DNA of 64,000 nt from Gracilinanus agilis (GCF_016433145.1 NC_058130.1:149527596-149591595), one strand, 5' to 3'. Counted from the first letter of the stretch, positions 38,416-51,900 are shown. Notes: generated by a model from the sequence alone, not told the origin. Numbers and translations are program-made.

Positions 38416-38559
38416 AGTATTGATTTTTAAAAGCCTATAGAAGACTTTCAGTTTTTTTAATCTAGAGAAGGAAAAAAATTAAAAAATTAAAAAAAAAAGA
38501 TTTAGAGTAATGGAGAAGGGAAGCTGGGGCAGTAAAGGTCAGAAAAAATGGTTTAGTAA

Positions 38560-38740
38560 AGCAAAAGTGGCAAAGTGATTTGAAAGTACAATAGAAAGAC
38601 TGGATCACGATTTAGAAAATGAGTATTTGAATTCAACCTCTGGTGTTTATTGTCTTTTTGACAATGGGTAAGTCACTCAACTTTCCTGGGCTTCCATTTC
38701 CTCATCTATAAAATGTGGGGGTTGAACAAAATAATAGTAT
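38560..38740 (+). mobile_element. MIR
   Basis: gtatttgaattcaacctc...aagtcactcaactttcctgggcttccatttcctcatctataaaatg. Confidence 0.65.
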
Positions 38741-38849
38741 CAAACTCATGTAGAAGTAGGGACAACTAAATTATATTTAGGGATCCCTGTATGCTTCTTG
38801 CTGACTGAGAAAACCTTAAATTAACATTCTTTAAGTTCTATTGAATTTT

Positions 38850-38957
38850 TATTTATTTTGTTAAGTATTTCCCAATTACATTTGAATCTGGTTCTGGCTA
38901 TTGGTGGGAGCATTGTGGCTATAGGGCAGACTGTGGGCTGTGTCTTTGACACCTCTG
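38850..38957. mobile_element. short didelphid interspersed repeat (MdoRep1-like)
   Basis: ttaagtatttcccaattacatttgaatctggttc...gtctttgacacctctg; family name from recall only. Confidence 0.4.
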
Positions 38958-39766
38958 ATGAGATGAATTCTGAAGTCCCATCAAACTATAGATCTATGAG
39001 CCAATATCTGCTGAGAAATGGGCTTGGATGGGAGCAAGGATTTCAGTAAAACAGAGAAGTGTCAGATTATCTGTCAAAGAAAATCAAAGCTATGTAACAC
39101 TGGAGGTATATCTAAAGTTTGAAAGCATAAATTGTTTAGTAAACCTAGGCATCATGGTTTATATGTGTATATGTGTGTTTGTAATGAAGCATATTCTCAT
39201 ATTACAATATAATAAAATAAATGATTACTATGAAGTAGAGGTCTCATACATAATAAAATTATATAAAAACAAATAAATAAATAATGAAATTCATATATAT
39301 ATACATATATATGTCACATCCTCTGATATATTTGCGAAGTGAGACGTAAAGGACACAAATAATACTGTCTCTCATGTATACATGGTGACTTCTATTTAGC
39401 TTTGCTTGTCTTGGATCCAATTATATTGAATTCAAAAGATTCAAAAATCAGAGAACTATAGAATGTCAGAAAATAAATCTTGGAACATAGAAATGAAATG
39501 TCAGAGGGATCAAGGATATTAGAGGATAACATTTGGCAAGACTCAAAGAACCTTAAAATTGAAAATAATCAAATGGAAAGGTAGGACAGTCTCTTAGGAT
39601 AAGAATATGGAAAGTAAAAGTGTAAGGTATGAGAAATATAAAACATAGAACTTAGAACTAGAAGCATCCTTAGAGTTAATATGATTCCATAGATATGAAG
39701 ATTTATCTAAAAGCTAGGTCACAAGTAACTTGTTGGAAGCAGGCAATAAGTACTTTGAAACAGTGA

Positions 39767-40463
39767 ACTGATCCAACCATTCTGGAAGGCATTTTGGAAC
39801 TATGCCAAAGAGCGATACATGAATGCCTTCCCTTTGATCCAGCCATACCATTGTTGGGTCTGTACCCCAAAGAGTTCATAGATAAACAGACTTGTACAAA
39901 AATATTTATCGCTGCACTATTTGTGGTGGCAAAAAACTGAAAAGCAACGGTATGCCCTTCAATTAGGGAATGGCTGAACAAATTGTGGTATATGTTGGTG
40001 AGGGAATACTATTGTGCACAAAGGAATAATAAACTGGAGGAATTCCATGTGAACTGGAAAGACCTCCAGGAATTGATGCAGAATGAAAGGAACAGAGCCA
40101 GAAGAACATTGTACACAGAGACTGATACACTGGTAGAATCAAATGTAATGGACTTCTGTACTAGCAGCAATGCAATGACCCAGGACAATTCTGAGGTATT
40201 TATGGAAAAGAACACTACCCACATTCAGAGGAAGAACTGCAGGAGTGGAAACAGAAGAAAAACAACTGCTTGAACACTTGCATCGACGAGGACATGATTG
40301 GGGATGTAGACCTGAAAAGACCACACCAATATAACTATCAATAATATGTAAATAAGTCTTGACTGACCACACATGTTAAACCAGTGGAAATGCAAGTTAG
40401 CTATGGGGGGGGGGGGTTGAGGGGGTGAAGGGTAAAGTAAAAACATGAATTATGTAAAAAAAA
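39767..40463 (+). mobile_element. 5'-truncated LINE-1 with 10-bp TSD
   Basis: ORF2 C-terminus (WYMLVREYYCAQRNNKLEEFHVNWKDLQELMQ), 3' UTR with G-tract, A tail; TSD gaaacagtga at 39757-39766 and 40464-40473. Confidence 0.92.
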
Positions 40464-40522
40464 GAAACAGTGATCATTCATGAGTAAGAGCCTTGAACCC
40501 AAGATCATTTAAGAGATATGAG

Positions 40523-40652
40523 TCCTCAGACACTTCCTAGCTTTATGATCCTGGGCAAGTCACTTAACTTTGATTGCCAATCCTTACCACTCTTCTGACT
40601 TGGAACCAATACTCAGTGTTGTTTTTAAGACAGATGGTAAATTTTTTTTTAA
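40523..40652 (+). mobile_element. 5'-truncated SINE1_Mdo with 12-bp TSD
   Basis: TSD aagagatatgag at 40511-40522 and 40653-40664. Confidence 0.88.
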
Positions 40653-40699
40653 AAGAGATATGAGCGTCAGTAGTTATTCTCGATAAATTCAAGTCCTCT

Positions 40700-40930
40700 T
40701 ACATATATGACTACAGAATTGGCCAGATATGATTGTTGATCCAGAGAGTGTGAAATATCATTCATAAATTGAAAGATACCACAAGACGTTGAGAAAGAAA
40801 AATGTTGTCCATATTTTTAGAGAAGGAAGGGGAGAGAATCTATAAAAATCAATAACAATTATTTTGCCCCAAATTGCTGGGGAAATTGCAGAATTATATC
40901 AATAAAGGGTTGATTAGTGAATATATAGAA
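40700..40930 (+). mobile_element. CR1/L3 RT-region fragment
   Basis: gaaagaaaaatgttgtccatatttttagagaagg resembles the CR1 W..A.V.PIFKKG motif region. Confidence 0.45.
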
Positions 40931-40939
40931 AAGGCAGCA

Positions 40940-41170
40940 GTGATTACAAAGAACAGAATCTTCCTGAGTTCAAATCTGGCCTCAACTACGTCTTAGCTAT
41001 GTGACCTTCCCAAGTCACTTAACCCTATTTGTCTCAGTTTCCTCATCTTGAAAATGAACTGGAAAAGGAAATGTCAAACCACTCCAGTATCTGCGTCAAC
41101 AAAATCCCAAGTGGGGTCACTAAGAGTTAGATATGTTGAAAAGAGTTAGACAGTTGAAAAACAACTGTAC
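40940..41170 (+). mobile_element. MAR1-type SINE
   Basis: cttcctgagttcaaatctggcctc...gaactggaaaaggaaatgtcaaaccactccagtatc...actaagagttagatatg. Confidence 0.75.
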
Positions 41171-41654
41171 AAGGACAATACAAATAACTTATTATACATT
41201 TTGAGATCCTTAGATTGAGGCCTCTGAACCTTTTTCTTACTTAGTTCATAATTCAGTGGAGGAATTATTACATAATGAAAGTTTGCTTTTAAGTGGTGAT
41301 GATCAATTGATTCACTAGGTCCCAACCTTTACTTATATATCACATTCCAGATCTGAATAATATTGTTAAAATCCCTTTTTAACCAATGTTAAAATACCAT
41401 CACAAACTTTCCAAACAATGATGAGAATTTATGAACATGCAACTCAAAAACCAAAATAAAATACAATTAAAATACATTTCATGAAAAACTTGTAATAAAT
41501 CAAATAACATTAATTCAGTTAAGTTGAATCAGCCAGATAACATACTACATTCGCAACCCTTTTGCTTCTTTTCATGTTAGTTGCATTAAAAATCACCATA
41601 GTTACAAATGTGTCAATTTGTCTATAACTTATGATCCACAATCAAGATCAAATA

Positions 41655-41658
41655 TACA

Positions 41659-41686
<28 letters not shown>
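41655..41686. repeat. (TACA)n microsatellite
   Basis: Directly visible. Confidence 0.9.
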
Positions 41687-41690
<4 letters not shown>

Positions 41691-41993
41691 CAATAATAGT
41701 TGTCTCCCTCTTCACTAAGATTATCTACTATATGTATTTCAAAGTAATCATTCTCCACTTATCAAATGCTACTATGGCTAACTACTATGCTAGTCCCTGG
41801 GAATACAAAATAAAAATAAAAAATCTTTGATTTTAAGAAATCTACATTCTATAGGTGAGACATTTACCTTTATAAATATATTTAGAATAAATATAGAAAG
41901 ACTAAATACAAAATTAAAAAAACAGCTAAATTCAAAATAGTGAGAACATTTGATAGGATTAGGAAAAGTATTATGCTCAAGGTATTATGAATT

Positions 41994-42184
41994 ATTTATT
42001 TATTTTTTTAAACCCCTACCTTCTATGTTTTGGCTCCTTGGTCGAAGAGTGGTAAGGGTGGGCAATGGGGGTCAAGTGACTTGCCCAGGGTCACACAGCT
42101 GGGAAGTGTCTGAGGCTGGATTTGAACCTAGGATCTCCTATCTCTAGGCCTGACTCTCAATCCACTGGGCTACCCAGCTTCCCT
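41994..42184 (-). mobile_element. full-length SINE1_Mdo with 15-bp TSD
   Basis: TSD aaggtattatgaatt at 41979-41993 and 42185-42199. Confidence 0.92.
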
Positions 42185-42744
42185 AAGGTATTATGAATTT
42201 TAAAAGTAATTTGTCATTTTATTTCAAATATAATGTCTATCTAATAGTAATTTGGAAATCATCAAGTTTATAATTCTTTGTAATTTAAATTGGATAAAAC
42301 TAAAATAAAAAATAAAATTATTCATTTTCCAGGGGGAAAGGTAAATTCCTCAAAGAATTTTATCAATATTTGTTGCTCCAGCATTATGATTTAAGCTACA
42401 TTTTCCAACTAGAATTCTAATATTGTAAGATTAAACTTGAAAATTATTAGAAGCTTGGTACTGCAGAGAAATTACTTCTTCAACAATTCCCTTTCCAAGA
42501 AAATTTCTGATAGGTTCCAGTTGTCTTGGTTCTTTTTTTTTAGATCAGAGGAATAAAAAAGACACAACAAAGAGTAGTAAAAAATTATAGTAACCTTGTA
42601 TTGTTGTGGACCCTTTTTTATACCCTCACTTCAACTGTCACCCTGGCACCTGGCCTGGGTCCTCTGCCAGGTACAGTGTTCTATATTGGCAACTGCCAGC
42701 TTGCAACCCATGAAAACATCATTGCAAGATTTTCTCCACAACAG

Positions 42745-43590
42745 TATTTGACAAAAATATGGATACAAACTATCAGGATAAGAAATCGCTATTTGGTAAA
42801 ACTGTCAGAGACAACTGGAAAGTAGTTTGGCAGAACTAGGTATAGACCAATATTCTTTTTACTAACTTAATGGCTTTATTCTTCCTTTAAAAAAGCCAGT
42901 TAGAAGGCAATTTGGAATTATGTCCATAGGGTTTTAAAAGAATGCATACCCTTTGATCTAGCAATACACTACTAGGTTTGTACCCAAAGAGATAATAATG
43001 AAAAATGTCTGTACAAAAATATTTATAGCCATGCTTTTTGTGATCACAAAAAATTGGGAAATGAGGGGATGTCCCTCGATTAGAGAATGGCTGAACAAAT
43101 TGTGATATATGATCATGATGGAATACTATTGTGCAATAAGGAATGATAAACTGCTTGATTTCCATACACACTGGAAAGACCTCAACAAACTGATGCAGAG
43201 TGAAATGAGCAGAACCAGAAGAACATTGTACACAGAGACTGAAACACTGTGAGACAATCATATGTATTTGACTTTATCCAGGACAATCTCGAGGAATTTA
43301 TGAAAAAGAATGCTATCCACATTGAGAGAAAGAACTATGAGAGTAGAAACACAGAAGGAAAACTTTTGATTTTTCACTTGTTTATATGGGAATTGGATGT
43401 GGGGTTTTGGTTTTTAAAAGATTGTTACAAAAATGAATAATATGGGAAATAGGTATTGAGTGGCAATCCACGTATAACCCAGTGGAATTGTTTGTCAGCT
43501 CTGGGAGGGGAGAGGAAGAAAAGGGAGGGAAAACATGAATCATGGAACCATGGAAAAATATTTAAATTAAAAAATTAAAAAAATAAAATG
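42745..43590 (+). mobile_element. LINE-1 3' portion with an internal deletion
   Basis: Upstream ORF2 piece (gtatttgacaaa...aactggaaagtagtttggcagaactaggtatagacc) joined to the C-terminal piece, 3' UTR and A tail. Confidence 0.8.
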
Positions 43591-43629
43591 AATATCAAAC
43601 TTCTGTAGGGAATATTTTTCTTAAAAAGC

Positions 43630-43800
43630 CAGTGATTCAAGAAGCATTTATTAAATGCCTACTATATTCAAGACATTGTGTTAAGCTATGGGATACAAAT
43701 ACAAAAGTGAGATTTTCCCCTGCTTCCAAGGACTTTACATTTTTCTTGGGAGATACAATGTATATGGGGGACTAGAGACTGAGGTAGGGAATTTTGATCT
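43630..43800 (-). mobile_element. LINE-2 3' tail
   Basis: caagaagcatttattaaatgcctactatattcaagacattgtg. Confidence 0.6.
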
Positions 43801-44269
43801 AAGCAATCTTAGGGCTAGTAAATGAGCAAAGGGCAGTAGATTGTTTTGCCATTTCCACTAGAAATAGCAATAAGATCACTCTGATCTGATGAAACTTAAT
43901 AGGGGTAAATATAAAATCACTGGTTTACAAAAATTTTATTTATAAGTACACAGTGATCCCTTGCTGTCACTACATAAAATCCATCCAAAAAGGTCTGATT
44001 ATAGTGGACTGAAAGCATTATTAATATGATACTCCAACTTAAATAGGTCATAAAGATTATAGTATTCAACTTAAGAGAAAGAGTACCTATGTCTGGAGAG
44101 GTTATGATGCCAGGAGAGTCTTTTCTGGTCATACTTTTTCTTTAATATTGTATTAAGTAAAATTATTATACAATAAAATATTGTATTAAATTAAGTTGTA
44201 TGTAGCATATATTAGTAAAGAGATTGATAAGCTACAAAGTGTAAAGGCATAGGATATGAAGATGAAAGA

Positions 44270-44705
44270 CTTGGCGGCCACAGTATATTGGAACTGTTTG
44301 AAAGAAATAAGAAGATGTAGCTATGGAGACTTACAAGAAGCATGACATTTGTCTTTAAGAGTTTGAAGGGCTGTCCTATAGTGTATGAAGGATCAGATTT
44401 ATTTTGCTTCTCCATATCTAGAAGAATTAGGATGAAGAGAAGGCCTTTAAGATCTTACTATGTGCCAGGCACATAAAAGTAAGAGCAAAATCTGGAAGTT
44501 TGAAAAAGAGATGTGGGCTCGATGTTAAGGAAAAAACTTCCTTACAGTAAAAGAGAGACCAAAATGAGATTAACTTTTTCAAGGGAGTAAATTGCCTCCA
44601 TTAAATTTGGACAACAGATATGATATAGATTGGATTCTTGATCCAGAAGGAATCAAATCAGAAGACCATTGAGATTCCTTCCAGATTTGAGATTCAGTGA
44701 TTCTT
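44270..44705 (+). mobile_element. CR1/L3 3' end
   Basis: gtctttaagagtttgaagggctgtcctatag...gatgttaaggaaaaaacttccttacagt...ccttccagatttgagattc. Confidence 0.6.
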
Positions 44706-45207
44706 TGATTCCTGTAACATTGTAATCCTTTACAGTTAGAGGTCATGAAATTTACTTCCTATTATCTTTTATATGATTTTATACAATATAATGTGTCCTT
44801 CATAAATGTATGTTGAATATATACATAAATATATTCTATAATATTTTCTAGAAAGTTCTTGTATTTTAATATTGGTAAAATTGGGAAACTGGAAACATCA
44901 TTTTTCTAACTGCCATCAAATGAGTTCCATTAGTTTGTGTATAGATGATTTATCCTAATAAATGTTTTTGTGAACCTCATGAGATCCAGAGGCAGAGCTA
45001 CAGAGGACTCGTGGCAGGGGACTCTATAGGATGGATCTGTGTCTCACATGGGGTAGATGTATATTCTGTGTGGAAAGGAGGAAGGTCACATATTAAACTT
45101 TCCTATAACAGTGTTATACTTTATAATAAAAAATGGCAACATCATCTTTGAATTCAAAGGACAATGTGTAAGAAACAAAATCAACCCATTATAAGCTTTA
45201 AAGTTTG

Positions 45208-46149
45208 TTACATTCTCTTCAAGTACAGGTTTCTGAATAGAAGTTTCACCACAGCATCTTTCACTTCTTTGTTCCTCAGACTGTAGATGATGGGGTTCAA
45301 CATTGGAGTGATGACCCCATAGGACAATCCAAAAATCTCATCAAAAATCTGACTGTCCTTGGACTTGGGCTTCATGTACATGAAAAGGGCTGAACCATAG
45401 AACAATACCACCACAGTTAGGTGGGCTGAGCAGGTGGAAAAGGCTTTCTTCCTCCCTTCACTAGAATTGATCCTCAGGATAGTGGAGAGGATGAAGACAT
45501 AAGAAAAGAAAATGAGCAGGAGAGGAGTCATTAAGTACAGAATACTTCCAACTGTCAGGAGTAGGACATTGATGGAGATGTCTCCACAAATCAGTTTGAG
45601 AAGAGCCAGGATTTCACAGGTAAGGTGATCAATGACATTCCCACAGAAAGGCTTTATCAGGGCAAGTACAGAGGGTAGCAGCGTGTTCAAACACCCTATT
45701 AACCAGGTCCAAACCGCCATCTGAACACAAAGTCCATTGTTCATTATTATAGTGTATCTTAAGGGATTACAGATGGCAACATACCGGTCAAAAGCCATCA
45801 CAGCCAGGAGAATGCACTCTGTACAACCCAGTCCAAGAGATAGAATCATCTGTAGTGCACATCGAGTGAAAGAAATGGATTTTCTTTCTGACATAATAAT
45901 TATCAGAACTTGGGGTACAGAGGAGGATGTGTAACAGATATCCAAGAAGGAGAGGTTTCCAAGGAAAAAATACATAGGGGTGTGAAGGTGGGGATCCAGG
46001 ATGCTGATGATAATAAGGAAACTGTTTCCAAACAAAATTACCAAGTACATCACCAGGCAGATGACATAAAGAAATATCTGGAGACCTGGGTAATGGGAAA
46101 GCCCAATCAGAAAAAATTCAGTCACAGGTGTGTAATTCCCCTTGTCCAT
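45208..46149 (-). CDS. OR13D1-like: olfactory receptor, OR13D-like, intact, 313 aa
   Basis: [54 protein letters not shown]; acceptor AG at 46170-46169, 19 nt before the ATG. Confidence 0.97.
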   Translation of the reverse strand: MDKGNYTPVTEFFLIGLSHYPGLQIFLYVICLVMYLVILFGNSFLIIISILDPHLHTPMYFFLGNLSFLDICYTSSSVPQVLIIIMSERKSISFTRCALQMILSLGLGCTECILLAVMAFDRYVAICNPLRYTIIMNNGLCVQMAVWTWLIGCLNTLLPSVLALIKPFCGNVIDHLTCEILALLKLICGDISINVLLLTVGSILYLMTPLLLIFFSYVFILSTILRINSSEGRKKAFSTCSAHLTVVVLFYGSALFMYMKPKSKDSQIFDEIFGLSYGVITPMLNPIIYSLRNKEVKDAVVKLLFRNLYLKRM

Positions 46150-46419
46150 GTTATTTTAGCTGTGGCACCTATAGAATTCAAGAACACACTTCAAAACTAT
46201 TGGAATAAATAGTAATAGTGAGTAAATGTACTATATTCAAAATCAGCTTCATACTTTGAATTATAAACTTTACCTACCTTCCAATATTTGTTTTATTCTT
46301 ATTTCCACTGACTTGTGCAGGTATTTAAATATCATGGATCATCAGAATGATTTTCCAGGGTGATTTAAAACAAAAATAAAGCTTACAAGGAGACATTAGG
46401 AATGAATTTGACAGAAACT

Positions 46420-46468
46420 GAATTTCAGTGCAGAATTTTAAAGAATTTCAGTGCAGAATTTTAAAGAA
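46420..46468. repeat. perfect 23-bp tandem duplication
   Basis: gaatttcagtgcagaattttaaa x2. Confidence 0.85.
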
Positions 46469-46959
46469 CAAATAGAGAACTGAAAAAAATACATCCTTTA
46501 AGCACCTATCAAAAATATTATTTTTCTCCAAAACAATCATCATTATTATCAATTAATTATTATTTATTGATAACTATTCATAATAGTATGGTTATTGGCT
46601 TCAATATACAAACACACTCATCAGTCTTTTCCCCAATTTTTTCATTGCTGTTTATTTAACATTAATTTATTGCTATTATTACCTTTAGGTAAGAGTTCTA
46701 GTCAGGCTCTACATTATTCTTTTGATTCTTTTCTCTTCTCTCTGTTGTTGTTTTTAAAAGATAGGGAAGACCTGAGAATATTTTAAGAGAGAAGTGAAGG
46801 AGTCAATACAAGGTAGGAAAGGTGACTGATATAGGAGAATGATTGAAGGTGTTAGATTCAAGAAGTGGAAGGAAGTAGAATTAAAAGCACATATAGAGGA
46901 ATTAATCTTAAGAAGGAATAAGACAATCTCTTACTTAGAGAATATAATGAAAAAATTAT

Positions 46960-48000
46960 TATAGCTAAAGTTGAAGAGGTTAGCTATTGGGGAAAATATT
47001 TGTACCAAATAGGTCTAATAAAGGTATTATTCCCAAGATATATAGGAAATGTATTTAAATATGCACGCACTACAGACCATCTCCAACAACTAAATTGTCA
47101 AAGGATATAAATATTAGATTTTCAAGTGAAAAACAGAAAACCTTCAAAATCATTTGCAAGTATTGTGAGTATGTTTGAAATGATTAATAATGAGAGAATG
47201 CAAAATAAAACAACCTTCAGGTTTCTTCTCTCATCAGTTTTATTGGAAATAGAGACACCAAAATGGTAAATGTTGTTGGGGTTGTGCAGCAATACTCTTT
47301 GTGGCCTGGTGAATTTGTTAAATCATTGTGGAAAACAATTTAGGATTATATTAAACTATCACTAAATTGTATAATACCACTAATGGCCATATACCTTCAA
47401 GGATGGAAAAGACAAATGGAAAGGCTCAGTGTGTACAGCTCTAAATCAATGATCCTATCTGAAATGTTTATGGTAAAATTTATGTGTATGTAATTAAGTT
47501 TAAAAAGTAACACAGCAGGGGGCAGCTGGGTAGCTCAGTGGATTGAGAGTCGGGCCTAGAGATGGGAAGTCCTAGGTTCAAATCTGGCCTCAGACACTTC
47601 CCAGCTGTGTGACCCTGGGCAAGTCATTTGACCCCCATTGCCTACCCTTACCACTCTTCTGCCTAGGAGCCAATACACAGAAGTTAACGGTTTAAAATTA
47701 AAAAATTAAAAAATTAAAAAAATTAAAAAGTAACAAAGCAGGTACCTCTCAAATGGGGAATAGATGAATAAGTTGAGGTGCACAAATGCAATAGAGTATT
47801 ATTTTGTCTTAAGAACTGATGACTATAAAGATTCAGAGAACCTGGAGAAGGGCTCTCTGAACTGATATTGAATGAAGTAATCATGGTAAAGAAAATCATT
47901 TCCACAAATTGCTACAATAATGTAAACATGCAAATGAACTAGAATTCTGGTGCCAATTTTGGGCTGAGAAAACTGACAGTGAAACTTATCTCCCTTGTCT
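46960..48000 (+). mobile_element. old LINE-1 3' region, interrupted by a SINE
   Basis: gagaatgcaaaataaaacaaccttcaggtttc (diverged MQIKTT region); continues after the SINE as aaatggggaatagatgaataagttg. Confidence 0.6.
47520..47724 (+). mobile_element. full-length SINE1_Mdo with ~18-bp TSD
   Basis: A and B boxes, core, tail of AAAAAATT-type repeats; TSD aaaaagtaacaMagcagg at 47502-47519 and 47725-47742. Confidence 0.92.
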
Positions 48001-48049
48001 GGATAGAAAACTGGTGGTACTTAGGAGACAAATGAGACAAATGTAAGAA

Positions 48050-49790
48050 TATCTTTTCTCCCATATTCAACTCATATCACTAAAATGACTTCTGCCACTT
48101 TCTCACAAGGAAAGGTATCCTTTTTCCTCGCCATAGCAAACCTGTCTTCATAAACAAATGATTTCATTCCATCCTATCTTCTCCAACAGTTTGCCTCCTC
48201 TCATCCCTACTCTTGCTTGTTTTCCATATTTTTGTATACTTGCTACTCCTCTATTGCCTTTACACATTACTATATCCCTACCATTGTAAAAAACAAAAAC
48301 CAACCTCACCCCCAAAAAAACCCCTCTTACTTCCTCCTTGCATTTTTGTTACCTATTATCTGATATTGCCTCTCTTCTTTCTGGCTAAACTCCTTGATAA
48401 GGCTGTCTAATCAATGCTATCACCTCCTTTCCTCTCACTCCCTTCTAAAATCTGTGTAGTATGGCTTCAGGCTTCATCATTCAACTAAAAGTACTTTCTC
48501 TAGAGTTACAAATGATCTAATAATTAAAACTAAGGTTTTTCTCAATTCTTATTCTTCTTGAACTCTGTGTATCTTTTGACACAGAGGATCATACTCTTCT
48601 CTTTGAAACTCTTTTCTATCTAGATTTTTATGATAATACTCTATCCTGGTTCTTCTTCTACCCTTTAGCCTGTTCCTTCTTGGTCTCCATTGCTGAATCA
48701 TGTCTGTTAACCATGGTGGTCTCTAGAGGATATGTTCTAGGTGTTTTCTCTTCTTCCTTTATTTTATTTCACTTGGCAGTCTAGATCATAATCTCTTATG
48801 GATTCAACTATCATTTCTGTGCAGATGATTATCACATTTATTTGTCAGATCTAATAGCTCTTCTGACCTCTGTTATAGGATCTCCAGTTGTGTACTGACA
48901 TCTCAAACTGGTTGTCTTGTACACATCTTAAACTCAATATGTCCCATACTGAACCCATCTTTACCCACCAAATCTTTCTCTCTTCTTAACTTCTCTATTC
49001 CTATGGAAGTACTGCCATCCTGTCAGTTATCTAGGCTCAAATCCTAAACACCATCTTGACTCTTCACTTTCTATCACTACTCCTGCATTGTCCAATTAGT
49101 TGCCAAATTCTGTTGCTTCTAATGTCATAATATCCCTTGTATATGCCTTCTCTCCACTGCCACTGCCACCCCTCTGGCACAGGACCTCAGTACTTCACAA
49201 CTGGATTATTATAATAGCCTGCTATTTGGTCTCCCTGCATCATGTCTCCCCACATCATGTCTCCCCACTTCAATCAATCTATTTAGTTGTGAAATTGGTC
49301 TCCCTAATGTGCAAGTAGGGCCAAGTCAACTCCCTTCATTATTCAATGAACTCCAGAGACACCTATCTCCTTTGAGATAATATAACAAGTTCCTGTGACC
49401 TAGTGAAACTGACCTTTTTGACATTCCTCTCACAAGATAGTACAATTCCTAACTCTGGACATTTTTACCAGCTTTCTCCCACATTTGGGAATCTATTCTT
49501 CCTTATCTCCTCATATCTTCTTTGGTTTCCTTTAAGTCTCAATGAAAGTTCCACCTTCTATAAGAAACCATGCCTTATCTCCTTTATTGGTAGTATCTTC
49601 CCTCTATTTTCTCCAATTGTCACACACACACACACACACGCATACACATCTTTTATTCATAGTTTGAATTTTCTTTTCCCCATTATAATGTGAACTCCTT
49701 GAAAAATGAAGCAGTCCTTTGCTTTTCTCTGAAGGACTTAGTACATTGCCAACCAGGTAGTAAGTACTAAAATTCTAGTTGACTGACTGA
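48050..49790 (+). mobile_element. LINE-2 3' ~1.7 kb, degenerate
   Basis: Pyrimidine-rich sense L2 (tgcagatgattatcacatttatttg, atcttaaactcaatatgtcc) ending in ...ttgactgactga. Confidence 0.75.
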
Positions 49791-49989
49791 TATGTAATCC
49801 CAAATGGACTATACATTGCTTTCTTTGTCTTAACAATCTCCGTGACTATATGATTATGACAAAACATCAACAAAACCTTTATTTTAAAGGGGAACATAGA
49901 GAAGGAGAAGATGAATGAAGACCAAAAGATTTGGAATAACAAAGAAGGATGGTTGGGGCAGCAAAACAAGAAGAAATTGGTATCAGTAA

Positions 49990-50710
49990 GGTAGAAAAGG
50001 CAAAGATAGGGGATCTAGTGTGACCCAAGAGAAAGAACACCAACTTGAAGTTTGAAGGCCTTTATTCAATGCCACTCCTGATGTTTACCATCTGTGTGGT
50101 CTTGAGGGAGTCATTTAACCACTTTACTCTTAAGTTTTTATATTTGTAAAATAAGGTTGGATTGAATGCTCTCTGAAGTTCCTTCTATTTCTAGGTCTCT
50201 GTGTCTTTCATTTCCTAAGAGGGAAGAAATGGTAGTGGAATTGGGGCTCCAATAAAAAAATACATCTCAAGTATTATATTATGTACACTGGAATATGTGA
50301 TAGAAGTCAATCATAAATGAATAAAAAAAGAATGTTTTATATCACTAAAGTCCCATCTGATCCAGTTAGAATGGTTTTTATGAATTTCAAGGATATATGT
50401 TTAATATTCTATATATTTATATCTCTTGGTATTACTGTAGTCTCTTATTATAATAAAAATAATATGACTACTACCAACTAGTATTTATATAGCGCTTTAA
50501 GGTTTTCAGAACACTTCATATGTATCTTTTATATGCTTTCAACAACTCTGGGATGTAGGTGTCATTATCCTCCTTATATAGATGAAGAAACTGGGACTGA
50601 CAGAGATTAAGTGACTTGTCCAGGATCACAGAGTTATTAAATGGATGAGGCAACATTTGAATTGAGGTTTTCCTGAATCTAGTTTCAGCACTCTATCCAA
50701 TGTGTCACTA
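49990..50710. mobile_element. two MIRs in opposite orientation (~49990-50200 plus, ~50470-50710 minus)
   Basis: CORE-SINE motifs gagtcatttaacc and gaaactgggactgacagagattaagtgacttgtcc. Confidence 0.6.
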
Positions 50711-51669
50711 TATTTCCCTTGTCAGGGGATAAAACGTTTTTCATTCCCTTATCCATGAGGATTCATATTTCCAACCATACCAAGGGATAGAGAGTTCAAA
50801 AGGATGTAGATGTCTTCACTAACCTATAATGTGTGAAAAGAACATGGAGATCCAGAAAAGAGATCAAGATGGTATATTCAAAGAGGTAGGGGCAGAACAA
50901 AGAGAGCTAATACAGCTAATAAAGTAAACTATACAACCAGGCACAGTGCTAGATGGTAGAGATAAAAATACCCCAAATGAAATAATCTCTACTCTCATTT
51001 GGAAAAATTAGTTCTGATAATAAACCATATTATTAAACATATCTTAAAAGTGAGAAGTATGGGATATAGGATCATTTTCTCTGAAAAGTATGCATGACAG
51101 CTTCTGATATACCTATTCTTAGTCTTGAATCCAATAATAGAGAGTTTTGGAATCACAGAATTATAGAATGTTAGAGACTAGGTCATGACAAGAATCAAAT
51201 TATTATCAGCAAAACAGGGTTCCAAGATAACTCCAAGGACACATGATAAAAACAAACAAACAAACAAACAAACAAACAAAAAACACAACTCTCTCCATAG
51301 CCAAAGGTGGAACTGTTGGAATCTGATTGCAGAGCAAAGTATGCCAGCCTTCCCTTTATTTCATTCATGAGTTTTTAACTAAATATGTGATATGTGTCTT
51401 TAGTCATGACATGAGGAATATGGAAAATATATGCATGGGAGACAGGATGTCATAGCCAGAGAGTGACTTATAAAATGGAACTGAAAACGTCAGAGCTGCA
51501 AGTGACCTCATAATAAAGAAAAATGAACCTTAAAGGAACCTCAGAATTCATGTTTTTGCAGCTAAGAACACTGACTTCTAGCAAGAATTTTTCCTTCTTT
51601 TTTGGATTTCCCTTTGGAATTATATTCATCTTTCATTTTGAGTTTCCTGAATTGGTCCCAACTATTTTA

Positions 51670-51900
51670 CATAAAAGTATCTAGGTGGCCCAGTGGATAG
51701 GGCACTGGGCCTGGATCCAGAAGACTTGTATTCAGTTCTGGCCTCAGATATTTACTAGCTGTATGACCCTGGGCAAGTAACTTAACTCTGTCTGCTTCAG
51801 TTCCTCTTATGAAAAATGAGCAATATGACAAACTACTCCAGTGTTGTTGCCAAGAAAAACCTAAAACAGATTTTCTGAAGATTTGGATACCACTGAAAAA
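51670..51900 (+). mobile_element. MAR1-type SINE
   Basis: ctaggtggcccagtggatagggcactgggcctgg...gaccctgggcaagtaacttaac...caaactactccagtg. Confidence 0.75.

Noticed and set aside
40405-40432. G-rich tract with G-quadruplex potential
   Set aside because: Ordinary polypurine tract of the L1 3' UTR.
39757-40473. Idea that the L1 insertion deleted the pseudogene's promoter
   Set aside because: The L1 has a clean 10-bp TSD (gaaacagtga), so it inserted without deleting target DNA.
47520-47600. tRNA-like A and B boxes
   Set aside because: Head of a tRNA-derived SINE with core, tail and TSD; not a tRNA gene. The same applies to the other SINE copies.
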